Below, in pieces: positions 9,786 through 18,446 of a stretch of DNA of 64,000 nt. The notes under the pieces are model-generated. The model saw only the letters and a list, made by a program, of their open reading frames with translations. It had not been told where the DNA came from and did no database searches. Made by a program: the position numbers and the translations under genes. Source of the stretch: an uncultured delta proteobacterium (GTDB taxonomy: Bacteria; Desulfobacterota; Binatia; UBA9968); NCBI GenBank assembly GCA_963816145.1, contig CAWFJP010000003.1:192001-256000 (forward strand). Direction: 5' to 3'. Each line of letters opens with the position of its first letter. The first letter of the stretch is position 1.

Positions 9786-10478
9786 ATGGCTACATCGCAT
9801 ACTCGAAGAATCACCCGCAAAGAACTTCGCCAGCCCGACCGATTTCAGATCGCCACCGAACAGGCGCTGGAATTCTATCAGTCCCACCAGAACTTAGTTT
9901 TCGCCGCCATCGGCGCGTTGGTGCTGATCGGTGTAGTGATTTTGGGTTGGCAGATGTTTAAGGAGCGGCAAAATACCGCGGCGGCTCAGGAGTTCACCAA
10001 CGCGACGGAACTTTATCAAGCTGAAAAGTATCGCGAAGCGCTGGCGGCCTTTGAAAAGGTCGAAAAGTACCGCTGGTCTCGTTACGCCGGCTTGGCTTAT
10101 CTGTACCAAGCCAACAGCCAAATTGCTCTCGGCGAATTGGATAAGGCTCTAAGCTCGGCGCAGCGTGCCGTCACGGCCAGCACACCCAATACGTTGTACC
10201 GCCAGTTGGCGCTGATGGCCCTGGCGAATGCTGCGGAACAAAAGAACGATTGCCGCCAAGCCATCGAGCCTTATAACGAAGCGCATAAGATCGCCGCGGC
10301 ACAACAAGCCGAAGCATTGCTCGGTAAAGCGCGCTGCTTGGAGAAGACCGGCGACGCCGCCGGGGCATTGGTTGCGTACAAGGAATATGTGAAAGACCAG
10401 CCGGGTTCGATTATAAGCGCGAAAATTGCCGAGCTTGAGAGCGTCAAGGGTGTACCGCCGGCGCCAGCGGCTAAATAG
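9786..10478 (+). CDS. YfgM-like membrane-anchored TPR protein
   Basis: RKELRQPD.F N-terminus, single TM, TPR-like helices. Confidence 0.8.
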   Translation: MATSHTRRITRKELRQPDRFQIATEQALEFYQSHQNLVFAAIGALVLIGVVILGWQMFKERQNTAAAQEFTNATELYQAEKYREALAAFEKVEKYRWSRYAGLAYLYQANSQIALGELDKALSSAQRAVTASTPNTLYRQLALMALANAAEQKNDCRQAIEPYNEAHKIAAAQQAEALLGKARCLEKTGDAAGALVAYKEYVKDQPGSIISAKIAELESVKGVPPAPAAK

Positions 10479-10491
10479 CCGCATCTAGTTA

Positions 10492-10519
10492 ACGTCTGAT
10501 AAGATATATTATGTAAACT
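10492..10519 (+). other. dif: dif site (XerC/XerD chromosome dimer resolution)
   Basis: ACGTCTGATAA-GATATA-TTATGTAAACT has the 11-6-11 architecture and a conserved XerD arm (E. coli TTATGTTAAAT). It is intergenic between convergent genes. Confidence 0.88.
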
Positions 10520-10639
10520 TTATAGTGGAGGCTCTACCCGAGGTTCTTATGGCCTGAACCGCCGGCACAACTCAATCTCTACTAACTCAATTCTGTTCAA
10601 TCTCCTCTTCCGATATTCATCCATTCAGGCAATTCCGCG

Positions 10640-11632
10640 CTACCGCTTCGATAGTTGATCGATAAAGCCGCTGTCGTCGAGTTTCTTGAGCATCGACTGA
10701 TTGATAACCATCTCCGGTTTGATCTTAGCGACGAGCGGGTCCGATTCGGCGATAAATTCGATCATAGATGCGATGCCGGCAACGTCGACATAAGGTTTGG
10801 CCGTCAGCACTTTAATCGCTGACTGGTAATGCTCCTCAGCTTTGTCGATGCGGTCCAATCGCAAGTATTTGGCGATGATTTGCTTGACCCGCTCCTTATT
10901 GCGCGGGTCGAGGCTGAAACTGTTGCCGGCGACGATACCCTTGAGCGCACGCTCGACAAACTCCGGGTCGGTTTTGAGGGTGCGCTCGCGAATGCTCATG
11001 GTTTGCTGCGGATATGGGATTGGCAATTCGGTGAAGTCGGCCAGGATTAAATTGCCGCGCTCCTTGAGCGTCGGTCCGAGACCGGGATTGACGATGATCG
11101 CATCGCTGCCGCCGGATTGGAGCGAGCCGACCCGCGCCGCTTGATTGCCCAACTGGAGGATCGTAATGCGGTCGCGCCGGGCATCGAGCCCCCAGTGCTT
11201 CAAGCCAAGCAACACGGCATGATAAGAGGCCGTGCCGGCTTGGGCCGCGCCAATCCGTTTCCCTTTGAGATCTTCCGGTTTCTTAATCGTTGCGGAAGTC
11301 ACTAGGATATAGTTCATTTTGTTGACGACGCCGGCGAACATGGTCAAGTCGGCGCCGCGCGCCCGCGCGCTGATCACCGGCTGGCCCGACATGCCCATGA
11401 TGGGAATATCGCCGGAGATCAAAGCCTGGGCGCCGCGAGTGCCGCCTTCGATCAAGATCAAATCAGGCTCGCTGCCGTAGCGTTTAAATAGCCCCTCATC
11501 TTTGGCCACCCACAGAGGCGTCTGATTGGAACTAAATGAAGAATAGCCGAGCAGAAACTTGGTTTGCGCGTTGGCGAGATTCGGCAGAATAGCCAACGCG
11601 ACCAGAAGTAGATCCCGAATAAATTTTTTCAT
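10640..11632 (-). CDS. NitT/TauT-family substrate-binding protein
   Basis: Signal peptide MKKFIRDLLLVALAILPNLANA; PLWVAKDEGLFKRYG; DLKGKRIG. Confidence 0.9.
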   Translation of the reverse strand: MKKFIRDLLLVALAILPNLANAQTKFLLGYSSFSSNQTPLWVAKDEGLFKRYGSEPDLILIEGGTRGAQALISGDIPIMGMSGQPVISARARGADLTMFAGVVNKMNYILVTSATIKKPEDLKGKRIGAAQAGTASYHAVLLGLKHWGLDARRDRITILQLGNQAARVGSLQSGGSDAIIVNPGLGPTLKERGNLILADFTELPIPYPQQTMSIRERTLKTDPEFVERALKGIVAGNSFSLDPRNKERVKQIIAKYLRLDRIDKAEEHYQSAIKVLTAKPYVDVAGIASMIEFIAESDPLVAKIKPEMVINQSMLKKLDDSGFIDQLSKR

Positions 11633-11689
11633 CGACATCCTCGCGCGACGCCCAAAGATTGTATTCTTTGGATTCCCGGACTTTCCGAT

Positions 11690-12781
11690 TCAGGGATGAA
11701 CGTCTTGAGTAAACCACTCCCCAGGCACTTCGCGCCCCAAGCCTTTCGCGATCGCCGCGTCGTAAACCTTTTTACCGACGGCGGCGAACTGTGCGCCCAT
11801 GCCGATGTTGTTGACGAAGCCGGTGATTTGCCGATCGTTCTCGCGCCCCTTGATGCGGCCGATCAGAAGATCCGAAAGCGTTGGCAACGACTGCCAATCG
11901 ATGGAACGCGACGTCGGATGATCGCGCAGCTTAAAGTCGTCGCGCTCGAAATGGGCCAGTGCCGACGATGTCACGTTGTTTTCCGTCGAATGGGTGTGCA
12001 GCACCAGCGGCTGGCAGGCCATCAGCGCTTGGTCATCGAACTCATCGCGTTGCATGGCACTGATATGCAAGCCCTCGCGCAGCGCCCATTTGCCAAGAAA
12101 CGGCGTGCGCGCGTTGGTCGAGGTAATCAGGATATCGACATCCTTGGCCGCAGCCTCGTAAGAATCCACCGGGACGATCTCGACGCCGGTTTTTTCGCTG
12201 GTTTCCTTGGCGAAATTTTCCCGATTGGCTTTGGTCGGACTATAAACTTTGATGTGCTTGACCTGGCGCGCTTCACACACGGCTAACACTTGCGTGCCGG
12301 CTTGCCAGCCCGAACCGATCAAGCCGACGGTTTCGGCATTTGCCCGCGCCATGTACTTGGTTGACACGCCGTTGGCCCCGCCGACACGGAAGCGTTGCAA
12401 CACGCCGTCGTTCATCACCGCCAGCAACTCGCCGTTGGCCGAGCTGAAAAGCAAGATAATGCCCATCCAGCGCTGTCCGGGCAGCATCGGTAATTTCTCC
12501 CGGCGCATGCCGCCGCCGGTGTCGCGCCAAGCGACAATGTCGGAGGAAAAACGCAGCGCCGCGGTGCCGAAGTGCGGGCTCGCGCCGCTCATGCTTTTCA
12601 AATAATGCGCCATCGGCCCCTCGGCACTTTGCGCCGCGGCCGTTGGACTATGAACATCGGAACGCGGCGCGGTCACGGCGGCCCCCTGCCCCATTTCACG
12701 ATAGAGAATCTCCAACGCCTCCATCGTATCCTTCATGGTGATTACCTGATCGACTTCATCGTTGTTGAGAAATAATGGCAT
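11690..12781 (-). CDS. Ornithine cyclodeaminase / mu-crystallin family protein
   Basis: LQRFRVGG, Rossmann GLIGSGWQA, GMGAQFAA. Confidence 0.9.
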   Translation of the reverse strand: MPLFLNNDEVDQVITMKDTMEALEILYREMGQGAAVTAPRSDVHSPTAAAQSAEGPMAHYLKSMSGASPHFGTAALRFSSDIVAWRDTGGGMRREKLPMLPGQRWMGIILLFSSANGELLAVMNDGVLQRFRVGGANGVSTKYMARANAETVGLIGSGWQAGTQVLAVCEARQVKHIKVYSPTKANRENFAKETSEKTGVEIVPVDSYEAAAKDVDILITSTNARTPFLGKWALREGLHISAMQRDEFDDQALMACQPLVLHTHSTENNVTSSALAHFERDDFKLRDHPTSRSIDWQSLPTLSDLLIGRIKGRENDRQITGFVNNIGMGAQFAAVGKKVYDAAIAKGLGREVPGEWFTQDVHP

Positions 12782-12799
12782 ATCGTCCTCGAAAGATTT

Positions 12800-12893
12800 C
12801 CCCTCGCCCGCTTGCGGGAGAGGGCTAGGGTGAGGGTTTTTTGAGAATTGATCGAATCAGCCCTCACCTCAATCCTCTCCCAAAGGGAGAGGA
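12800..12893. repeat. CCCTCTCCC...GGGAGAGGG-type inverted REP-like doublet
   Basis: CCCTCGCCCGCTTGCGGGAGAGGGCTAGGGTGAGGG ... CCCTCACCTCAATCCTCTCCCAAAGGGAGAGG. Confidence 0.75.
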
Positions 12894-12904
12894 CTTTAAA
12901 TTCA

Positions 12905-14008
12905 TTAATCCCTGATATCTTGTAAGAACCACTCCGTCGGCAGCTCACGGCCGAGGCCGCGTGCTTTGGCCAACTCATAAACTTTCCCGGCCACGGAAAA
13001 AAATTGCGCGCCTTGAATGTTGCCGCGCTCGGAGTACGTCACCTGCTGGTCCGATGTTCGTCCTTGCTTAGTACCCCTCAGTATTTCAGAGAAAAATACC
13101 GCGCGATCTTCGGCGATCACTCCATGACCGCGGTTGCCGGCTCGTTTCATTTGAAAGCCGGCATGGTCTTTCGGCTTGGCGGCATAGGTAATATATTCAT
13201 CGGCGAGGCCGAACTCGGGCAGGCCCCAGGGCGCCGGTGCCGTACCGAGTCGCAATGAGACGTCGATTCGCTTCAAGGTGTCGTCGTCCGGTTTTCCGCC
13301 GACGCAGGTGACATGAGTCCCCTCCTCCAGCCATTTGCCGATCACGATCGGCACGGCGGAATCAGTGCAGCCGGCGACGATATGTGCGCCTTTATATACA
13401 TCCTGCGGGTGACTCATCGGCACAACTTCGAGGCCGTACTCTGTGCTGATTTCCTTAGCATAGGCTTCGCGATTAGCCTTGGTCGGACTGTAGACTTGAA
13501 TCTTTTTGAGATTGGGACGGGCCTGCAAAAACGACTCGACATGGGAACGCGCCATGCCGCCGGAACCGATCATGCCGACCACCGTGGCATCTTGGCGCGC
13601 CATGTACTTGGCGCCGATGCCGGAGTCAGCTCCGACTCGCATATGCTGCAAATAGCCGTCGTTGATCATCGCCAGCGGTTCGCCGTTCTCGATGCTATTC
13701 AACATGATCAACCCGCAAAAACTACCCGGGCGCACGCAGTATTTTTCCTGAGTAATAGCGCCTTGATACTCCTGCTCATAGATCACGTCAGATTTCATGC
13801 GGATGGCGAAGTAGCCCGACATGGAGCCGCCTTCCATGGTGCCCCACTGATAGATCTTGTCCGGATCGCTAGTGGGAATCTGAAGATCGATGCGTGGCCG
13901 GCAGACGGCTTCCTGGCGCGCCAACTCCCGATAGGCCTGGTCCAGCGCATTCATGGTCAGTTCCATGGTCAGCACTTGTTTGACATCATCGTTATTGAGA
14001 AAAAGCAT
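12905..14008 (-). CDS. Ornithine cyclodeaminase / mu-crystallin family protein
   Basis: LQHMRVGA, GMIGSGGMA; tandem paralog of 11690-12781. Confidence 0.9.
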   Translation of the reverse strand: MLFLNNDDVKQVLTMELTMNALDQAYRELARQEAVCRPRIDLQIPTSDPDKIYQWGTMEGGSMSGYFAIRMKSDVIYEQEYQGAITQEKYCVRPGSFCGLIMLNSIENGEPLAMINDGYLQHMRVGADSGIGAKYMARQDATVVGMIGSGGMARSHVESFLQARPNLKKIQVYSPTKANREAYAKEISTEYGLEVVPMSHPQDVYKGAHIVAGCTDSAVPIVIGKWLEEGTHVTCVGGKPDDDTLKRIDVSLRLGTAPAPWGLPEFGLADEYITYAAKPKDHAGFQMKRAGNRGHGVIAEDRAVFFSEILRGTKQGRTSDQQVTYSERGNIQGAQFFSVAGKVYELAKARGLGRELPTEWFLQDIRD

Positions 14009-14053
14009 TTTGTTCCTCTACGATTGACTCAAATTTTTGCAATGGTTGATTTC

Positions 14054-14132
14054 CACCACGAAGACACGAAGGGCACGAAGGTATCGAAGGAAAAATTTTC
14101 CGAACTTCGTGCTCTTCGTGTCCTTCGTGGTG
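14054..14132. repeat. 9-bp-periodic palindrome (CACGAAG type), empty site
   Basis: CACCACGAAG ACACGAAG GGCACGAAG ... CTTCGTGCT CTTCGTGTC CTTCGTGGTG. Confidence 0.85.
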
Positions 14133-14147
14133 AATTTCCCGAATATT

Positions 14148-15167
14148 CTATGGAGCGCGACCCCATAGCTTGGTGAAAAAACCCTCGTCGACCAACTCCT
14201 GCACCAGACTATTATCGTAGAACTGCGCCGGCTTGGCTTGCTTCGCCTTGGCATTGGTGCGCGCGATCTCATCGAGGGTTACTTGAAATCCCGCAGCTTT
14301 CACGAACGGCACTTTCTCCATGAATTCGTAGCCGTACTTCAGCGTGGCTTCCAAAATTTTCTGGTCCTGGACTTTGGTGTACTTTTGGAAGATCTTCAAG
14401 CTGTCTTCTTTACGGTTGTAGAGAAAATGCATCGAGCGCGCGTAGGCGCGCATGAAAGCTTTGGCTTGCAGCCGATGTTCCTTGATAAAACGCTTGGTGG
14501 TCGTGATGCTCAAGTGGACGAACGGAATCTCGTCCTTGACCATGTTGGCGAGCAGCCGCGCGCCCTGTTGCTCGGCCACCGCGGCCATCGGTTGCGACAT
14601 GGCGGCTGCGGCGATGAGTTTTTTCGACAGCGCCGCGGCGATTTCCGGCTGGCCGCCGATCTGCACGAAAGCGACATCTTTGTTGGCTTCAAGCCCATAC
14701 TTGGCGAGAAACATGCGCGTGCCAAAATCGGACGCCGCGCCGAAGCGCGAGATGCCCACCGATTTGCCCTTGAGATCGGCGATGGTTTTTATCTCGGGAG
14801 TGGCCATCATGTAAAACGGCACGATGTTGACCACCGCGCCAATAGAAACTAAATCGCCGCCGGCCAATCCGGAATCGGCGACCACCTGGCTGTTTTGCGC
14901 GCTGATCGCAATATCGCCGGCTAACGTCGCCTTCGCCGCGGTCGGCGAACTCAGGATAAATATCGTATCGACGTCCAAGCCTTCCTGTTTATAAAGGCCG
15001 GCTTCCGGCATGATCCAAAAAGGCGAATTAAAGGCGCTCACCGAGGTCCAGGCGATGACCAGTTTCTGCGCGGCGACCGGAGCGCCATACAAAACCAGCA
15101 TCAAGATAGCGACGGCGCATGCCCTGATCAAACCCCGAACACAATCACGAACACGCAATCTTGTCAC
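14148..15167 (-). CDS. NitT/TauT-family substrate-binding protein
   Basis: Signal peptide ending PVAA-QK; GLYKQEGLD; DLKGKSVG; GTGA overlap with upstream paralog. Confidence 0.9.
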   Translation of the reverse strand: MTRLRVRDCVRGLIRACAVAILMLVLYGAPVAAQKLVIAWTSVSAFNSPFWIMPEAGLYKQEGLDVDTIFILSSPTAAKATLAGDIAISAQNSQVVADSGLAGGDLVSIGAVVNIVPFYMMATPEIKTIADLKGKSVGISRFGAASDFGTRMFLAKYGLEANKDVAFVQIGGQPEIAAALSKKLIAAAAMSQPMAAVAEQQGARLLANMVKDEIPFVHLSITTTKRFIKEHRLQAKAFMRAYARSMHFLYNRKEDSLKIFQKYTKVQDQKILEATLKYGYEFMEKVPFVKAAGFQVTLDEIARTNAKAKQAKPAQFYDNSLVQELVDEGFFTKLWGRAP

Positions 15168-16153
15168 GGCATCTTCCCCCACAATTTCACATAAAACCCT
15201 TCGTCAATCAGTTCCTGGACCAAACTGTTATCGTAGAACTGTTCCGGTCTGGCGCTCTTAGCTTTGGGATTTTTCTTGGCGATGTCGTCAAGCGTGATCT
15301 GAAATCCGGCCGGCTTCACCAGCGGCACCTTTTCGATGAAATCATAGCCATAGGTCATACTGCCATCGAGCATGCCTTGATCTTTGATCTTGGTGTACTT
15401 GGCGATGATCGCTTTGGCGTCTTCTTTTCTCGTGTGCATGAAATGGACGGCGCGGCCGTAGGCGCGCAGGTAGGCCTTCGCTTGGGCGCGCCGTTCGCGG
15501 ATGAACTTGCGCGTCGTGGTCACCCCAACATGGAGAAACGGGATATTTTCTTTCGCCAGATTCGCCAACTGATGCGCTCCACCCTGCTGTGCGACATAGG
15601 CCATCGGTTGGGAAAAAGCCGAAGCCTGGACGGTGCGCTTGCCCATCGCCGCGGCGATTTCCGGCAGACCGCCAAGCTGAATCATGGGCACGTCTTTCAC
15701 CGGCTCCAAGCCGTATTTAGTTAGAAACATCCGCATGCCGACATCGCCCGACGAGCCGAAGCGCGTAACCCCGACGGTTTTGCCCTTCAGATCGGCGATG
15801 GTTTTGATCTCCGGCGTTGCCATGATGTAGAAAGCGACGACGTTCGTGATGCCGCCCATCGCCACCAGATCACCGCCCTGCAGTCCAACATCGGCGATCA
15901 CCTGGCCGTTGGCCGGCGAGATCACCACCTCGCCGGCGAGGGTCGCCTGCGCCACCGTCGACGAACTGGGAATGTAAACCAGCTCGGTATCGAGCCCTTC
16001 TTGCTTGGCAAAACCGACGTCTTGAATGATCCAGAAGGTTGCATTAAGCGTGCTGATCGACGAGTAAGCGTGAACGAATTTCTGCGAATGCGCTGAGCTG
16101 GGTAAAATCAACAGAGCAACTGCGATCAAGATGATAGCTATCTTATGAGTCAT
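15164..16153 (-). CDS. NitT/TauT-family substrate-binding protein
   Basis: Signal peptide MTHKIAIILIAVALLILPSSAHS; close tandem paralog of 14148-15167. Confidence 0.9.
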   Translation of the reverse strand: MTHKIAIILIAVALLILPSSAHSQKFVHAYSSISTLNATFWIIQDVGFAKQEGLDTELVYIPSSSTVAQATLAGEVVISPANGQVIADVGLQGGDLVAMGGITNVVAFYIMATPEIKTIADLKGKTVGVTRFGSSGDVGMRMFLTKYGLEPVKDVPMIQLGGLPEIAAAMGKRTVQASAFSQPMAYVAQQGGAHQLANLAKENIPFLHVGVTTTRKFIRERRAQAKAYLRAYGRAVHFMHTRKEDAKAIIAKYTKIKDQGMLDGSMTYGYDFIEKVPLVKPAGFQITLDDIAKKNPKAKSARPEQFYDNSLVQELIDEGFYVKLWGKMP

Positions 16154-16283
16154 ATTCGTCCTATTCGTCTGATTCTTTGAAATAGCAGTCGTACCGGCAG
16201 GCCCGGAAACTGTCAAGCCTGGTAGATATTGGCTTGCAACCGAAATGCGTCTGTCCTATGGTCCGGCTGAAAGCGGACACTCT

Positions 16284-17477
16284 ATGAGCATAACCAATAA
16301 AGCAGCAATCGTTGGCATCGGCGATACGCCGACGGATCGCTTGGGCTCCAAGCCCGGCGAACCGCGCAAATCGAGCGCCGAGTATTTATCCTGGGCCATG
16401 CATCTCGCGCTGGAAGACGCGGGCTTGAGCCTCAAGGACTTTCAGGGACAGGGGCTCGGCGTAACCATTCCGACCGCCTACCCGCAACCGTTCTGGCCCG
16501 AAGAAGTGAGCGAGATCCTCGGCATCACACCCGGCTTCTTGCTCGGCGGCGCCACTGGCGGCGCCGGTGCCGTGTCGCTCATCGGCGGCATGAGCGCGGC
16601 GATCAATTCCGGATTGATCGATCTCGCGTTGGTGCTCGGCGCGGCCGCGCCGTTCTCCGAACATTGGAGCGGCGGAATCCAGCCCGGCGACATGCGCGAT
16701 TGGGAGATCCCCTACGGCACCATGGGGCCCAACAGCAAGATCGCCATGGTTATGCGCCGCCATATGCATGAATACGGCACGACCCTCGATCATCTGGGCA
16801 AGATCGCCGTCACCGCGCGCTACCATGCAAGCTTGAACCCGCTCGGCTACCTGCGCACGCCGATGACCATCGACGATTACAAGAACTCACGTTTAGTTGC
16901 CGACCCGGTGCGCTTGTTCGATTGCGTCATGCCGGCCAACGGCGGCAAAGCGTATATCTTGGCCTCCCCCGAGCGCGCTAAATCTCTGCGCAAGAAGCCA
17001 GTATGGGTCAAGGGATTCGGCGAGCGCAGCAATCCGTCGTATGGGCCGCGCGCCGGCTCCGATGCGCTAGTGATGGGCGTCAAAGACGCCGGTCGAGTCG
17101 CCATGGAAATGGCCGGCGTCAAACATAAAGACATCAATTTTCTCCAACTCTACGACGATTACGTGATCGTCGTTTACTTGCAGATCGAAGATCTGGGCTT
17201 TTGCCAGAAAGGCGATCTCAAGTTCTTCGAGAACACCGACTTTACTTTCAAAGGCCAGCTGCCGATCCAGACCGGCGGCGGCATCATCAACTGCGGCCAA
17301 CCCTCCACCGCCGGCGGCGTGCATCATATCCTCGAGGGCGTGCGCCAGTTGCGCGGCGAAGGCGGCGACCGCCAAGTGCCCAACGCCAAGATCGGCTTGA
17401 TCTCCGGTTTGGGCGTGCTCCCCTACGGCAAAAATCTTGGCTGCTGCGCGGTAGCCATTTTAGGAAACGAAGTGTAA
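16284..17477 (+). CDS. Thiolase-like (SCP-x / Ltp2-type) protein
   Basis: AAIVGIG, VRLFDC, QLYDDY, PIQTGGG, EGVRQLRG..RQV; no N-terminal catalytic Cys. Confidence 0.88.
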   Translation: MSITNKAAIVGIGDTPTDRLGSKPGEPRKSSAEYLSWAMHLALEDAGLSLKDFQGQGLGVTIPTAYPQPFWPEEVSEILGITPGFLLGGATGGAGAVSLIGGMSAAINSGLIDLALVLGAAAPFSEHWSGGIQPGDMRDWEIPYGTMGPNSKIAMVMRRHMHEYGTTLDHLGKIAVTARYHASLNPLGYLRTPMTIDDYKNSRLVADPVRLFDCVMPANGGKAYILASPERAKSLRKKPVWVKGFGERSNPSYGPRAGSDALVMGVKDAGRVAMEMAGVKHKDINFLQLYDDYVIVVYLQIEDLGFCQKGDLKFFENTDFTFKGQLPIQTGGGIINCGQPSTAGGVHHILEGVRQLRGEGGDRQVPNAKIGLISGLGVLPYGKNLGCCAVAILGNEV

Positions 17478-17482
17478 CGACC

Positions 17483-17911
17483 ATGGCTGAACTCGATGTA
17501 AGAAAACCCTTGCCGGCGATCACCAGCGAAGCGAAAGCCTTTTGGGACGCCGCGGCGCAACAGAAACTGACCATCCAACGCTGCCAGGATTGCCGCGCCT
17601 GGGTCTGGACGCCGCGCCCGTCATGCAACGAATGCGGCAGTGAGAAAGTCGAATGGACGCCGATGAGCGGCAAAGGCGAAGTCTATTCCTTCACCGTCAT
17701 CCGCCAAGTGGTCGGCCGCGCCGCTTCGAAATCCTTCGAGCCGGACATCCCTTATGTGATCGCCTGGGTGGATTTAGAAGAAGGCCCCCGCCTGATCACC
17801 AACATCGTCGGCTGCCCGGTCGAGGATGTGAAACTCGGCATGAAAGTGACCGTGCAGTTCGATAAGGCCTCCGAAAAGATCTGGCTGCCGAAGTTCGGAC
17901 CGGCGGCTTAA
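17483..17911 (+). CDS. DUF35 Zn-ribbon / OB-fold protein
   Basis: FWDAA, QRCQDC..PR..CNEC, GEVYSFTV, PYVIAWVDLEEG. Confidence 0.92.
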   Translation: MAELDVRKPLPAITSEAKAFWDAAAQQKLTIQRCQDCRAWVWTPRPSCNECGSEKVEWTPMSGKGEVYSFTVIRQVVGRAASKSFEPDIPYVIAWVDLEEGPRLITNIVGCPVEDVKLGMKVTVQFDKASEKIWLPKFGPAA

Positions 17912-17992
17912 TCGCTGTCGAAAGCCCAGATTTGGTTTAAGTCAGTTTTGGAAATAGTCGAAACGTTTCACATTTTGGGAAACCACCTGTGA

Positions 17993-18098
17993 GTCTTGGC
18001 GGCACAGAGCTTGCCCCGGACTCGATCCGAGGCCGGCATCCATCTTCTTCATCGAATCAACGGTCTAAGACTGGATACCGGCCTCCGCCGGTATGACG
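17993..18098. repeat. GTCA-type REP doublet with nested 24-bp insert
   Basis: GTCTTGGCGGCACAG[AGCTTGCCCCGGACTCGATCCGAG]GCCGGCATCC ... GGATACCGGCCTCCGCCGGTATGAC. Confidence 0.75.
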
Positions 18099-18197
18099 GA
18101 ATTGGATCAACTTGGTTGGCTGTCAGTGCCGAGTGACAGAATTGCCGCTCCATGTCCAAGCCTCTTTCGCCGACAACCCGCCAACTCCACCCATTGG

Positions 18198-18377
18198 CTA
18201 GCCGCTGGTGATTACGATGCCGCATTTTTCACAGCGATAACGAGCTTCGCGGCCGCCCGCATGAGTCAGTTCCTCAAACTCGAAGTGTTTGATGCCGCTG
18301 CTGTCGAAACACTCCGGGCAATGACCGTCGCCTAACTCTTCCGCGGCCAGGGTCAAATGGCAGCGCCGGCAACGCAT
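18198..18377 (-). CDS. Small Cys-rich (three CxxC) zinc-ribbon-like protein
   Basis: MRCRRC...HCPEC...YRCEKCG, 59 aa, co-oriented downstream of uup. Confidence 0.6.
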   Translation of the reverse strand: MRCRRCHLTLAAEELGDGHCPECFDSSGIKHFEFEELTHAGGREARYRCEKCGIVITSG

Positions 18378-18446
18378 GGTGCTCTTGCGTTCAACAAGGA
18401 GTTCTAAAGTTGCGTGCCGGCACGAAGTCATCGATTCGGAGGGTAA

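Noticed and set aside
10520-10635. AT-richer stretch beside dif as an integrated phage or IMEX remnant
   Set aside because: No second dif-like site and no recognisable phage ORF.
14054-14132. Periodic repeats as a CRISPR array
   Set aside because: Units are 7-9 bp and inverted, with no 25-40 bp direct repeats separated by unique spacers, and no cas genes.
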